Part shown: in pieces, positions 27,579 to 37,312 of the stretch | Numbering within the stretch: position 1 is the stretch's first letter | How the letters are laid out: each line of letters opens with the position of its first letter | Source: an uncultured archaeon | Lineage (GTDB): Archaea > Aenigmatarchaeota > Aenigmatarchaeia > PWEA01 > JAGHBM01 | Assembly: GCA_964584335.1 (NCBI GenBank) | Contig: CAZOZN010000003.1 | Location: forward strand, 1 to 54,828 | DNA: 54,828 nt | Direction: 5' to 3' | The notes under the pieces: model-generated | Told to the model about the DNA's origin: nothing | The model's database searches: none | What the model saw: the letters and a program-made list of their open reading frames with translations, nothing else | Made by a program: the position numbers and the translations under genes

Positions 27579-29957
27579 ATGAAAAAATTAGCGGCAATGC
27601 TTATCGGTGCAATAATGGCACTTATGCCAATGGCCGGAAGCGCACTGGCTGCTGATTACACACTAAGTGACTTCCCAGCACCTTTCGTAGAAAACAACGT
27701 TGCTAACTTTATGCTTGTAGTAGGAAGCGGCGGTTCTGCAACCGGGGTAGCCAATGATTTGGCCGGCCTTATAAACGTTGCAGCAAGACTTGGTGGTGAA
27801 ACCGTAACCACAGAAGGTGGTGAAGGTGATGTATCAATAAGTGACGGCGTACTATTAGAAGCAAGTGCAAACAAGTTAAACTACGGTGAAGCTTTCAGTT
27901 CTGTTGATACAAAGCTTACAAAGGACGATCTCCCGACACTATTGCCAGATGAAGAAGTCAAGGACGACGGTGGTACAAATTCAGGTACAGAGTACCAGTA
28001 CGATCAGGAACTATACTTGGGTGGAGATTCTATTACCTATCTAACTGGCGTTGACGAAGATGAATATGTAGTCAACACAGACCTCGGAGCTAACGAGATC
28101 CCAGTTCTAGGTGTGGATACATCCGCAGGTAACGTATGGTACCTAATTATAGATTTTGATACCGCTTTAGATGCTCCTGACTTGGACAACAGTGAAACAA
28201 TTGAAATATTAGGAACAACTTTCACTTTTGATCCAACAATGACAAGCACTGACGGAGAATTGACCATGTATGCAGCCGAAGTAACAGAAACAGTCGGAGT
28301 CGGTGAAGCAAAAACAATCACAACCGAGACCGGTACAGTTACATTGGAAGTAATAGGTGCTAATACTGAAGCTACAAACCCAGCCGCAACAGTTAAAGTA
28401 AACGGCGAAACAGAGCAGGTAACAGAAGGTGAAACCGTATCTGCAGGAGGAGAAACAGTCTACATAAATCAGATATTTATGCAGACAATACCAGTAGAAT
28501 CAGCACAGGTTGAGTTCTTTGTCGGTAGCGACAAGATTGTGATTGACGAGTCTTCATCATACAGAACAGTAGAAGTAGGTGGTGATGATGTTGACGGAGT
28601 CGATGCTGCAATAAACTTTGGTGGAACTGCAGACATAGATGCAATAGACACCATAAGGTTTAGGTTCGTTCCTTCTGACATGGAAGACGACCATTACAAA
28701 TACCTAGAAATAGGCGAATGCGTAATGGATCCATTGTTTGGTTCTCTAAAAATGTGCTTTGACAGTTCTGTACCAGAACTTGAAGGAAGCAAGCACAAAG
28801 TTGAAATACAGAAATCAAGCAGTGATTTGGAATTCAACTTTAAGAACAGAGACGGAAGCGAGTACTCAGTAACTCCTTACACGGGTACAGGTTCGGTTAT
28901 AAACAAACATACCGATTGGTATGGTTTGTCCGGAACATACAACTCCGTTGACGATGGAAAGATAATCGTACTTCAGGAAGGAAGTGCCGCAAGCTCATAC
29001 ATCACAAAAATATACGAAATTTACGATGTTGACACAGGCGACACTCAAGTAACCTTTAGAGACCTTGCTGACGGAGACAAGATAGTTGTGGACGATGGTG
29101 ACCAGGTCGAAGACACTGGAGCATACGTACACATAGTAGATTCCGACACAGTTAACCTAACCAACTCAACAGGAAACGGTTTTATCAGCGTATCCACTGA
29201 TTTCTACACCAAGAACGACATGAAGATAGCTCTTGGTGCAGCAGGCACTCTGGTAAACCTAACTTTCACTGAAGGACAGGCAAGCAACAACGACGAGACA
29301 ACACAGACCGTACTTACTTCACAGATTAGCTCTGACTCCAACTCCAAGGTAAGAGTAGGTGCTCCTACAAAATCTTCAGGAGGAACCTTTGCCAGCGGAC
29401 AGGACGACGACTCCAAGGTTGAATACGGTTTGGACGAATACGGTGTATACACAGAGACAGACGTAGATAACTACGGTTCTTATCTCTACATGTGGGTACC
29501 CGAAGCAGAGCAGTATTTCAATTTGTTCTTCGCTCCTAGCGATGCAACAGTAAGCGGAAGCACAGGCGGTGATGTAAGCAGATCCGGTGTTATAAAGAGC
29601 AACGTAGCAGCTGTTGACAGCGACGTGACTTCAGCACAGAAGTCCAGCTATCACTTAATACTAGGTGGTGGTTCATGCGTCAACAAGCTAACTGCAGAAG
29701 CTCTTGGTTTGACCTATCCAACATGCGGTGCAGAGTCCGGAATACCTGAAGACGGATACATGATAAAACTAGTACCAAACGCATTCGTTGAAGGAAAACA
29801 CGCTCTTGTAATAGCAGGTTGGGAATCAGAGCAGACCACAGAAGCAATGGCCAAAGTTCAGGCAAACATGGAAGACGTAGAAGACACAGTTTTCTACTAC
29901 CCAGAAGAGCCTGAAATGGACGAAGAAGAAGACGACACCGAAGACGAAGAAGAGTAA
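27579..29957 (+). CDS. S-layer protein
   Basis: GGAGG SD; signal peptide; LSDFPAPFV N-terminus; C-terminal LILGGGSCVNKL...LVIAGW; very acidic. Confidence 0.9.
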   Translation: MKKLAAMLIGAIMALMPMAGSALAADYTLSDFPAPFVENNVANFMLVVGSGGSATGVANDLAGLINVAARLGGETVTTEGGEGDVSISDGVLLEASANKLNYGEAFSSVDTKLTKDDLPTLLPDEEVKDDGGTNSGTEYQYDQELYLGGDSITYLTGVDEDEYVVNTDLGANEIPVLGVDTSAGNVWYLIIDFDTALDAPDLDNSETIEILGTTFTFDPTMTSTDGELTMYAAEVTETVGVGEAKTITTETGTVTLEVIGANTEATNPAATVKVNGETEQVTEGETVSAGGETVYINQIFMQTIPVESAQVEFFVGSDKIVIDESSSYRTVEVGGDDVDGVDAAINFGGTADIDAIDTIRFRFVPSDMEDDHYKYLEIGECVMDPLFGSLKMCFDSSVPELEGSKHKVEIQKSSSDLEFNFKNRDGSEYSVTPYTGTGSVINKHTDWYGLSGTYNSVDDGKIIVLQEGSAASSYITKIYEIYDVDTGDTQVTFRDLADGDKIVVDDGDQVEDTGAYVHIVDSDTVNLTNSTGNGFISVSTDFYTKNDMKIALGAAGTLVNLTFTEGQASNNDETTQTVLTSQISSDSNSKVRVGAPTKSSGGTFASGQDDDSKVEYGLDEYGVYTETDVDNYGSYLYMWVPEAEQYFNLFFAPSDATVSGSTGGDVSRSGVIKSNVAAVDSDVTSAQKSSYHLILGGGSCVNKLTAEALGLTYPTCGAESGIPEDGYMIKLVPNAFVEGKHALVIAGWESEQTTEAMAKVQANMEDVEDTVFYYPEEPEMDEEEDDTEDEEE

Positions 29958-29979
29958 TTAGCTTAATAAAAAAAATCAT

Positions 29980-30016
29980 GCCGGCAAAAAACCGGCTTCT
30001 CTTTCTATATTTTTTT
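29980..30016 (+). terminator. Hairpin plus pyrimidine/T tract after S-layer gene
   Basis: GCCGG-caaaaaa-CCGGC followed by TTCTCTTTC...TTTTTTT. Confidence 0.5.
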
Positions 30017-30100
30017 GATGTATTAGGGGCAGATATGCAAAAGAAAATAGATATAAACATTAAAAATATATTTTAAGAGTGAAGAAAGAGATGGTTTATA

Positions 30101-31321
30101 ATGAACATAGTTGATATTATTTATCTTGTATCTTATTTTGTAATATTGTATTGTTCAATATTATGGTTTTCAGTTTTCTTTGTTAACAGAAAGATAATTT
30201 TTGACAATCCCAAACCCAAGTCTTACCCTCCTCTCACGGTTCTCGTTCCAGCATACAACGAAGGCAAGGGAATAAGAAAATGCCTGGATTCTATTTTGAA
30301 CATGGATTACCCAAAGCTTAAGGTAATAGCTATAAACGACGGCTCAAAGGACAATACTCTCGAAGTTTTGAAGGAGTATGAAAAGAAAGGCGTTAAGGTT
30401 ATTGACAAGGAAAATTCCGGCAAGGCCGATTCGCTGAATTATGCCTTAAAACAAGTGGACACAGAGCTTTTCATGTGCATGGATGCTGACTCTTATCCGT
30501 TGCCCGACATGGCAAAGAAAATGGTCGGTTATATGGAGAGAGAGGGTGTTGCGGGAGTATCACCTTCCCTTAAGGTTGAGAACGTAGATACTTTCATGCA
30601 AAAGATACAATGGGTCGAGTATATATTTTCCATATTCCTTAGGAAACTTTTTTCAATATTTCAGTGCCAATATGTTCTTCCCGGTCCCGGCAGTATTTAC
30701 AGGACCAAAACAATAAAGGAACTGGGAGGATTTGACAAGGAAAGCATAACCGAGGATATGGAGATAGCATTCAGGATACAGGGAGAGAACTATGATTTGG
30801 AAAACAGCATAGATGCATATGTTTATACGGAGGCGCCGAGAACTTTTATTGGACTTTTCAAGCAAAGGGTTAGGTGGTATAGAGGATATTTACACACTGT
30901 TAAGAAATATATACATTTTATAGGAAATCCAAAACACGGTAATCTGGGTGTTTTTTTGATACCTATAAACTTTGTATGGATCTTTATACTTTTCATGTTC
31001 TTTTTTATTCCTATGTACACTCTAACCTCTAACTTTCTTAGTTTTTTTGATACGGTATCTCTTGTCGGACTTCCTCCTTTAAAGCTTTCTCTCGGTCTTA
31101 ATATAATTTACATGGACTTTTACTCTTTTTTCTTCGCTATTTTTATATCTCTTTCAATATTAACCATACTCATAAGTCTCAGGTCTTCAAAGGAAAAAAT
31201 AGAATTTAAGAACAGATATATATTTTATATGGGTTATATGTTTATCTATCCTGTGCTGTTTTCGATATTCTGGATATCGACAGTTTTTTATGAGATAGCG
31301 GGTGTTAAAAAGAAATGGTAG
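30101..31321 (+). CDS. Processive-type GT2 glycosyltransferase (cellulose/PNAG synthase-like)
   Basis: VPAYNE, DGSKD, GKA, DAD, TED, QRVRW plus TM helices. Confidence 0.9.
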   Translation: MNIVDIIYLVSYFVILYCSILWFSVFFVNRKIIFDNPKPKSYPPLTVLVPAYNEGKGIRKCLDSILNMDYPKLKVIAINDGSKDNTLEVLKEYEKKGVKVIDKENSGKADSLNYALKQVDTELFMCMDADSYPLPDMAKKMVGYMEREGVAGVSPSLKVENVDTFMQKIQWVEYIFSIFLRKLFSIFQCQYVLPGPGSIYRTKTIKELGGFDKESITEDMEIAFRIQGENYDLENSIDAYVYTEAPRTFIGLFKQRVRWYRGYLHTVKKYIHFIGNPKHGNLGVFLIPINFVWIFILFMFFFIPMYTLTSNFLSFFDTVSLVGLPPLKLSLGLNIIYMDFYSFFFAIFISLSILTILISLRSSKEKIEFKNRYIFYMGYMFIYPVLFSIFWISTVFYEIAGVKKKW

Positions 31322-31983
31322 AGAAAAAGATTTCATGGAAATTTTACTTAATGACATTCATAATAACAGTTATAATATTCACCAGCGGTATAATTTTTGG
31401 TGTTTTTCTCAGCAAGGCAAAAGTTACAGAGCTTCAGGAATCCGTTTCCGAGCTTGAAAAGAGGAGGCTTGACCAGGAGTTAAATCTTTTGCTTGTAGAG
31501 AGCCTACCAAACAAGACCTGCGATATTATTAACTACGAAGTCGAGAAGGTTATACCGGAACTAAATGAACTGGCAGGAGAGGTTGTTTTTTATGAGGATA
31601 CTAAAAAGTTTGACGAAGACAAGTACCAGGAGACAAAGAAAAGTTATATGACGAGCCAGATAAAATATTGGTTGTATCTTGAAAAGCTAAAAAACAGCTG
31701 CAATGTCAATGTAACAAACATAATTTATTTTTATTCGAACAAAGATTGTGACTTGTGCAGAAACCAGGGAATTGTTCTTAGCTATATGAAGGATATAAGA
31801 GAAAGCGACTTGATGGTGTTTTCTCTTGACACTGACATGGAACTGGATTCAATAGATATAATAAAGAAATCTTACGGTGTAAAGGAACTCCCCTCACTGA
31901 TAATTAATGGAAAGCTTTATTCCGGTTTTGTTGGAAAGGACGAGCTGGAAAATATACTTAATCAGACTCAGGTTTCTTTATAA
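31315..31983 (+). CDS. Membrane-anchored protein with C-terminal thioredoxin-like CxxC domain
   Basis: N-terminal TM, coiled coil, YFYSNKDCDLC, YGVKELPSLIING. Confidence 0.75.
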   Translation: MVEKKISWKFYLMTFIITVIIFTSGIIFGVFLSKAKVTELQESVSELEKRRLDQELNLLLVESLPNKTCDIINYEVEKVIPELNELAGEVVFYEDTKKFDEDKYQETKKSYMTSQIKYWLYLEKLKNSCNVNVTNIIYFYSNKDCDLCRNQGIVLSYMKDIRESDLMVFSLDTDMELDSIDIIKKSYGVKELPSLIINGKLYSGFVGKDELENILNQTQVSL

Positions 31984-32869
31984 ATATTTTTTTGCTTCTG
32001 CCGGCTTTCTCGCTTGTTATGAGGTTTCTTTCTTCAAGGTCTTTTATTATTCTGCTTACCTTTGCCTTGCTAAAATCTGTTTCCTTTACTATATCTCTTT
32101 GCTTGCAGAAACCTCCCCTTTCTTTTATTATCTCTATCACTTTTTTCTCGCTTTTCTTTAGCACGTTCATGTTTATTTCGCTTTTGGGACTGCTTCTAAA
32201 GCCGATAATCAAAATCAAAACAAAAATCAGAATACCTATCAAAAGAAACACTATGTTATTGTTTTCAGATACACCCGGGCCTATCTTTTCATAGGTTAAG
32301 GATATTTCTATTCCTTCCCCTTTTTTTAGGTCCTCTCTTTCCCACTCAACATATATTCTTCTACCATCCGAGCCCTGAGAACCATCGGATGGAGAATAAG
32401 GCACGAGAGTTGTTGCCTGTTCCGGTTCTTCTATAAGCACAAATCCTCTCTTTAAAACTGTCTTTACGTTCATTTTTTTTGTGTCTTGTGGGGTTTTTAT
32501 TGCATACGTGAAGTGATATTTTTTTTCTATCTTTTCTGTCTTATCTTCTGTGTTGAATTTTATATTAAGTGCCCTTCCTTCTCCAGCCGCTTCAGAGAAA
32601 TCACAGCTTATCAAAGTACCCCATTCCTTTGGATTTGAAGTACATGTATAATTTTGAAAGTTTGCACTAGTCTTGAAATTTTCTGTTTCAAAAGAAAGCG
32701 GATATTCCATAATTCCTTTCGGAGTTTCCTCAAAAAGGAATATGAGGGTAAAGTTGGATTTTTCCGAATCCAAATCTATAGTTGCCTCATAGTAATCCAA
32801 ATCGGTCGCTTTTGATATGGGTACCAGTAAGAGAAAAGCAAAAACAAGTATCATGTATTTCTTTTTCAT
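31958..32869 (-). CDS. Membrane-anchored regulator: extracellular domain, TM, cytoplasmic wHTH (COG2512-like)
   Basis: Signal peptide; TM; QRDIVKETDFSKAKVSRIIKDLEERNLI...GR. Confidence 0.8.
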   Translation of the reverse strand: MKKKYMILVFAFLLLVPISKATDLDYYEATIDLDSEKSNFTLIFLFEETPKGIMEYPLSFETENFKTSANFQNYTCTSNPKEWGTLISCDFSEAAGEGRALNIKFNTEDKTEKIEKKYHFTYAIKTPQDTKKMNVKTVLKRGFVLIEEPEQATTLVPYSPSDGSQGSDGRRIYVEWEREDLKKGEGIEISLTYEKIGPGVSENNNIVFLLIGILIFVLILIIGFRSSPKSEINMNVLKKSEKKVIEIIKERGGFCKQRDIVKETDFSKAKVSRIIKDLEERNLITSEKAGRSKKIFIKKPESD

Positions 32870-32897
32870 ACATTTTATTTGTAGGGTTAATAATAAA

Positions 32898-33962
32898 TTA
32901 TTTTTTAAAGAAATCTCTTTTTACCCAGTTTTTTCCTTCTATAGGTATTTTCTCGCCGCATTTTACGCATCTGAAGTTTTTGTCCATATTGAACTCTTCT
33001 AAAGAAAGACCATGCCTTTTTATGACAACATTTCCACAACCCTGACAAAAAGTGTTCTCGTATCTATGTCCAGGCATATTTCCTATGTAAACATATTTTA
33101 ATCCTTCTTTTCTTGCGATTTCTCTTGCATTTTCTAGTTTTTTTGTTGGGGTTGCTTCTATATTCGTCATTTTGTAGTTTGGATAAAATTTGGAGAAATG
33201 TAATGGCACTTCTCTTCCTAGATTTTCAACAATCCATTTGCACATGTTTCTGGTAAACCCTTCATCGTCATTCAAACCAGGTATTATCATGTTTGTTATT
33301 TCTGTCCATATGCCTTCCTCTTTAAGTGCCTTAAGCGATTCTTTTACAGGTTCATCGCCTTTCTTACCGAAGCAGTATTTTTTGTAAAAGCGATAATCCC
33401 CTTTTAAATCGATGTTTACAGCGTCTATATAGCTTGAAATCTTTTTTACCGATTCCGGTGTGAAATAGCCGTTACTAACCATTATGTTAAAGAGACTTGA
33501 CCCAGATTCTTTTGCCGTATCGTAAACGTACTCGTAAAAAACAGCCGGTTCCGTGTAAGTATATGCAATTCCTTGGCAATTCGTGTTCTTTGCCCTGGTT
33601 ATTATGTCTTCAGGGGAGTGAAATTCTTCCTGTATATGCCCGAATTCTTGTGATATTTCCCAGTTCTGGCAGAAAAGGCATCCAAGGTTACACCCCACCG
33701 TTGCTATAGACATGACCTTGCTTCCGGGGGCAAAATGAAAAAGTGGCTTTTTTTCTATAGGGTCTATCGATGACTGTATTGCTTTGCCGTAGACGAGCGA
33801 GTACAGTTTCCCTTTTATATTTCTCCTAACTTTACAGAATCCTCTCTTAAAAGGCTCTATTTCACATCTTTGACCGCATATACCACATCTTACTCTTTCT
33901 TTATCGAGCTTTTCATATATTTTTGTTTCTTTTAATTCAGGATAATCCGGTTTTTGCGGCAT
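32898..33962 (-). CDS. amrS: AmmeMemoRadiSam system radical SAM enzyme
   Basis: CGICGQRC, DPIEKKPLFHF, CNLGCLFCQNWEISQ, AYTYTEP, YVYIGN. Confidence 0.92.
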   Translation of the reverse strand: MPQKPDYPELKETKIYEKLDKERVRCGICGQRCEIEPFKRGFCKVRRNIKGKLYSLVYGKAIQSSIDPIEKKPLFHFAPGSKVMSIATVGCNLGCLFCQNWEISQEFGHIQEEFHSPEDIITRAKNTNCQGIAYTYTEPAVFYEYVYDTAKESGSSLFNIMVSNGYFTPESVKKISSYIDAVNIDLKGDYRFYKKYCFGKKGDEPVKESLKALKEEGIWTEITNMIIPGLNDDEGFTRNMCKWIVENLGREVPLHFSKFYPNYKMTNIEATPTKKLENAREIARKEGLKYVYIGNMPGHRYENTFCQGCGNVVIKRHGLSLEEFNMDKNFRCVKCGEKIPIEGKNWVKRDFFKK

Positions 33963-34004
33963 AATTATATTTAAAAGTCATTAATTAATATAAACATTGC
34001 ATTT

Positions 34005-34243
34005 GCCTCGGTAGCTCAGCCGGTAAGGCCTTTTCTTTTCACAAAAGAAAAGCACTTGCGGAAAAGAAAACTTTAGTGCATTTGTGAAAGAAGGGATTGG
34101 CTAGGTAAGGAGCGGTGCTCTCGTAAAGCACAGGTCGGGGGTTCAAAGGCAAATCCCTTTTCGAAAAAGGTTTTTGCATTTCCCAAAACTTAGAAACGCT
34201 CGCGTTTCTCATGGGAATAATGAAAATCCCTCCCGAGGCTCCA
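34005..34243 (+). tRNA. tRNA-Thr(CGT), 2 long introns (D-loop ~82 nt, boundaries uncertain; 59/60, 79 nt, 34148-34226), encoded CCA
   Basis: GCCTCGG/CCGAGGC, U73, GTGCT-CTCGTAA-AGCAC, T-loop BHB TTCA/TGAA. Confidence 0.88.
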
Positions 34244-34289
34244 TAAACATTTATTAACTTTAAAGTATCTCTAATAATGAGGTGTTTTA

Positions 34290-34583
34290 GTGCAGATAGT
34301 GTTTTTCGTTGATAATGAGAATCTAAACAAGGTAAAGGATATAACAAGAGAGGAGCCTATAGTTAGGCAAAGCATCACTTTCAGGGATAACAAGTCACTC
34401 GGGCTTGAAAAAGAGGGAAATTATTTGATGATAAACGGAAGTGACGAGGCCTGCGAGGAAGCAAAAAATAGATTGAGTGATTTAGCAGAAATTCTTGATG
34501 GCGAAGAAAAAGATAAAATAATAGAAAAGATTAATGAAATGGAAGACTCTGCCTTGGAAGGATTCGGCGGTATATTTGGTTGA
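34290..34583 (+). CDS. Conserved-looking acidic hypothetical protein
   Basis: GAGGTG SD, GTG start, ends ALEGFGGIFG. Confidence 0.7.
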   Translation: MQIVFFVDNENLNKVKDITREEPIVRQSITFRDNKSLGLEKEGNYLMINGSDEACEEAKNRLSDLAEILDGEEKDKIIEKINEMEDSALEGFGGIFG

Positions 34584-34589
34584 TATTTC

Positions 34590-34973
34590 ATGGAAGCTGC
34601 TGTTTTTACAGGAGATTTAAATTACGATAATGAAAAGAAGATATCTAATTATACCAGGTCTCTTTTTCATCTATCAAGGAAATATTCCACAGAGAAAGAG
34701 CTTTTAGAGGATGCCAGAAAAAGAGTTGTCGAGAGAAGAGGCAAAGACCTTCATGTTATAGACAGCGGAAATTTTGACATACTTGTTATTTTCAAGTCCG
34801 GTTCTTTGACTAAGAAAGCAAGAGACGAGCTTGAAGAAGGTCTTGGGGTAAAGATTTTAGTCTTCAAGGAACAGGAGCAGATAGAGGAGGACTTGAAGGA
34901 GTCAAAGGATTATGATGAAGTAGAGGCGGATTTTAAGAATGATGGCGATTATAAAAAAATAGTGCCTTATTAG
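34590..34973 (+). CDS. Hypothetical protein
   Basis: 127-aa ORF co-oriented with upstream gene. Confidence 0.6.
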   Translation: MEAAVFTGDLNYDNEKKISNYTRSLFHLSRKYSTEKELLEDARKRVVERRGKDLHVIDSGNFDILVIFKSGSLTKKARDELEEGLGVKILVFKEQEQIEEDLKESKDYDEVEADFKNDGDYKKIVPY

Positions 34974-36052
34974 TCTTTTATGTTTTTTAGTTCTTCTGGT
35001 TTGAATATACCTTTCGGTGTTATTATTCCAGTTATATATTTTGCCGGAGTAACGTCGAACGCTGGATTTCTTGCAGGACTTTCTTTGTTTGCTATTTTCA
35101 ATTTTCTTCTTTTTCCGTCATTGTCAACACCCCATACACAAAGTACTTCTTCCTGTTCTCTTTCTTCTATTGGTATTTCTTTGCCGGATTTAAGATTCCA
35201 GTCTAATGTGCTCATAGGTATTGCAACGTAAAACGGTATTCCATTTTCTTTTGCAAGAACAGCTTTTTCGTATGTGCCTATTTTGTTTGCAACGTCTCCC
35301 GTGCTTGCGACAGTCCTGTCAGATCCCACTATGACCAAATCGACTTCTCCTCTTTTCATGTAATATCCAGCAGAGTTGTCAGCTATTATGGCGTGTTTTA
35401 TTTTTTCCTGTGAAAGTTCCCAAGCGGTCAGCCTTGCACCCTGCAACCTTGGCCTGGTTTCATCAACGAAAACAAAATTTTCCTTTCCTTTCCTTTTTGC
35501 CATATATATCGGTGAAGTGGCCGAACCCCAGTCAACAAAAGCGAGCCATCCTGCGTTGCAATGGGTAAGTATTTTTTCTCCGTCTTTTATTATTTTTTCT
35601 CCATACTCCCCTATCATTTTACAGTGTTCCGAGTCTTCGTCCGCAAATTTATTTGCTGCTTCCACGCATATTTCCTTGCATTCTTTTGGGTTGTTCCCTT
35701 TCTTCATCTCATTTATTACGAAATCCATACCATTTACCAGGTCTACCGCCGTGGGTCTGGTTTTTTTAAGAGTATCATAAACTTTGTTTACATGGGTCCA
35801 AAAGTCTGAAAGGCTTCCGTTAAATTCCATTGAACCTTGTGCAATCCCGTAAGCGCCTGTTGCGCCTATAGCTCCGGCACCTCTTACAATCATGTTTTTT
35901 ATAGAAAGAGCAGTTTCTTTGTAGTTTTTAAGTTTTATTATATCAAAACTGTGCGGTAAAAGCGGTTGATTTATCATCTCTACATTATTTTTTTCTTTAT
36001 CAAACCAAACAGTCCTGTAATTTTTAGTCTCTCCATTATATTTCACTTTCAT
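34970..36052 (-). CDS. mtnA: S-methyl-5-thioribose-1-phosphate isomerase (eIF2B-like family)
   Basis: MIVRGAGAIG, TRPTAVDL, THCNAGWLA, DETRPRLQG, ANKIGT, NPAFDVTP. Confidence 0.9.
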   Translation of the reverse strand: MKVKYNGETKNYRTVWFDKEKNNVEMINQPLLPHSFDIIKLKNYKETALSIKNMIVRGAGAIGATGAYGIAQGSMEFNGSLSDFWTHVNKVYDTLKKTRPTAVDLVNGMDFVINEMKKGNNPKECKEICVEAANKFADEDSEHCKMIGEYGEKIIKDGEKILTHCNAGWLAFVDWGSATSPIYMAKRKGKENFVFVDETRPRLQGARLTAWELSQEKIKHAIIADNSAGYYMKRGEVDLVIVGSDRTVASTGDVANKIGTYEKAVLAKENGIPFYVAIPMSTLDWNLKSGKEIPIEEREQEEVLCVWGVDNDGKRRKLKIANKESPARNPAFDVTPAKYITGIITPKGIFKPEELKNIKD

Positions 36053-36102
36053 AAGACCACTAAGAATATAAAACCAGGAGATTATAAATATTTTGTTTGT
36101 AA

Positions 36103-36206
36103 GCGCCTGTGGTCTAGAGGCATTGGTTTTGGTTTAGACGACCTTCTTTAAAGGACTCGAGCTTCCCAAGCTTGCAGCGCGGGTTCGATTCCCGCCAGGC
36201 GCACCA
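36103..36206 (+). tRNA. tRNA-Gly(CCC), 1 D-loop intron (~28 nt), encoded CCA
   Basis: GCGCCTG/CAGGCGC, CGAGC-TTCCCAA-GCTTG, GCGGG-TTCGATT-CCCGC. Confidence 0.92.
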
Positions 36207-36300
36207 TTTAAGCCTTTATTGGAGCTGTTTTGGTTTAAATTGATGTTTATAAAAATAAAGCTTTTATATAATTCATAATAAAATATTATTGTTGGTAAAT

Positions 36301-36861
36301 ATGGGTTTCTGGAAAAAGAATGACAAGAAAAGAAAAAAAGAGCTTGAGGGGATAAAGAACAGAGTCGAAGGCAAAGAGAACTTTCCCAATGAGAATGTGA
36401 ATAATAGTAAACTACCACCTTCGATTGAAAAAGATATACTTGAGAAAAAGAACGATACTGAAATACTAACCCCCGATACAAAAGTAAAAGCTGTTCCAAG
36501 AGTTTCTACGCCAGAGAGCATGAGAGTGGATGAAGATGGTGCTCCACTGTTTATAAAAATAGACAAGTATGAAGGTGTCGTTACAAAACTTCAGGAACTT
36601 AAGAATTCTATACAAACTCTGACCAGGCTTATTTCTTTCCACAACGAAGTCGAGGAATTAAAGGAAGACATATTTTCCAGAGTTAAAGATAATGTATCTC
36701 AAATAACTGACATATTGATAACTTTGGATGAGATTTTCGTTAAACCTGAAAGGCCAGATTTGACTGACAGGGAAGAAAAAGGAGGAGACGTCGAGGAACA
36801 AATTCTGGATTTGGGAGAGGAATTAAGGCATCTGAGGAGAGAACTTAACAAAATAGAATAA
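36301..36861 (+). CDS. Hypothetical coiled-coil protein
   Basis: MGFWKK N-terminus, PLFIKIDKY then long helical heptads. Confidence 0.7.
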   Translation: MGFWKKNDKKRKKELEGIKNRVEGKENFPNENVNNSKLPPSIEKDILEKKNDTEILTPDTKVKAVPRVSTPESMRVDEDGAPLFIKIDKYEGVVTKLQELKNSIQTLTRLISFHNEVEELKEDIFSRVKDNVSQITDILITLDEIFVKPERPDLTDREEKGGDVEEQILDLGEELRHLRRELNKIE

Positions 36862-36903
36862 ATCCAAATTTATTTATTTTTAAACATTATTACTATTAGC
36901 TAT

Positions 36904-37127
36904 GCGGAGGTAGCCAAGTGGTCAAAACTAGGTTTTAATGAAAAAAACCTTTAATGTGACTAAAGGCGCTGGACTCAAGAAAGCTTTTAAAATTTTGTCA
37001 AAGTTATGATATTCTTGAGTGTTGAGCCCAGAAAGGGCAGTGAAATGAGAAATCCAGTCTCTTAGTGAGTTCGGGAGTTCGAAACCGACAAATATATTTT
37101 GTCACGAGAATCTCCTCCTCCGCACCA
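36904..37127 (+). tRNA. tRNA-Leu(CAA), 3 introns (D-loop 36926-36963; 37/38 36980-37051; 59/60 37084-37110), encoded CCA
   Basis: GCGGAGG/CCTCCGC, CTGGA/TCCAG, long variable arm; BHB helices GGTC/GACT, CTCA/TGAG, TTCG/CGAG. Confidence 0.93.
36980..37051 (+). ncRNA. Putative intron-encoded C/D-like guide for Cm34 of tRNA-Leu(CAA)
   Basis: ATGATA (C-like), TTCTTGAGT antisense to ACTCAAGAA, TTGA-GCCC-loop-GGGC-AGT-GAAA K-turn; D+5 pairs with C34. Confidence 0.65.
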
Positions 37128-37138
37128 ATGGTGAATCA

Positions 37139-37312
37139 ATGACCGAAAAATGTGCAAAACATGACATTCCAGTTATAGATAGTTTAATGGGACCTTATTG
37201 TACTGAATGTAATGACATTCCTGATGCTACTTACAATGATGATTTTCCATGGGCAAAGGATTTTGCTAAAAATATTTCGGGTATTTTTGATGAAGAAACT
37301 TATTCTGCTTAA
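37139..37312 (+). CDS. Small putative Zn-binding protein (57 aa; below ORF-track cutoff)
   Basis: GGTGA SD; MTEKCAKH...GPYCTEC...; overlaps IPK start. Confidence 0.55.
   Translation: MTEKCAKHDIPVIDSLMGPYCTECNDIPDATYNDDFPWAKDFAKNISGIFDEETYSA

Noticed and set aside
34039-34347. 102-aa minus-strand ORF
   Set aside because: Overlaps intron-containing tRNA-Thr
34970-36052. Ribose-1,5-bisphosphate isomerase (AMP/RuBisCO pathway) assignment
   Set aside because: THCNAGWLA and N-terminal NQPLLP pattern fit MtnA better; no AMP phosphorylase or RuBisCO in window
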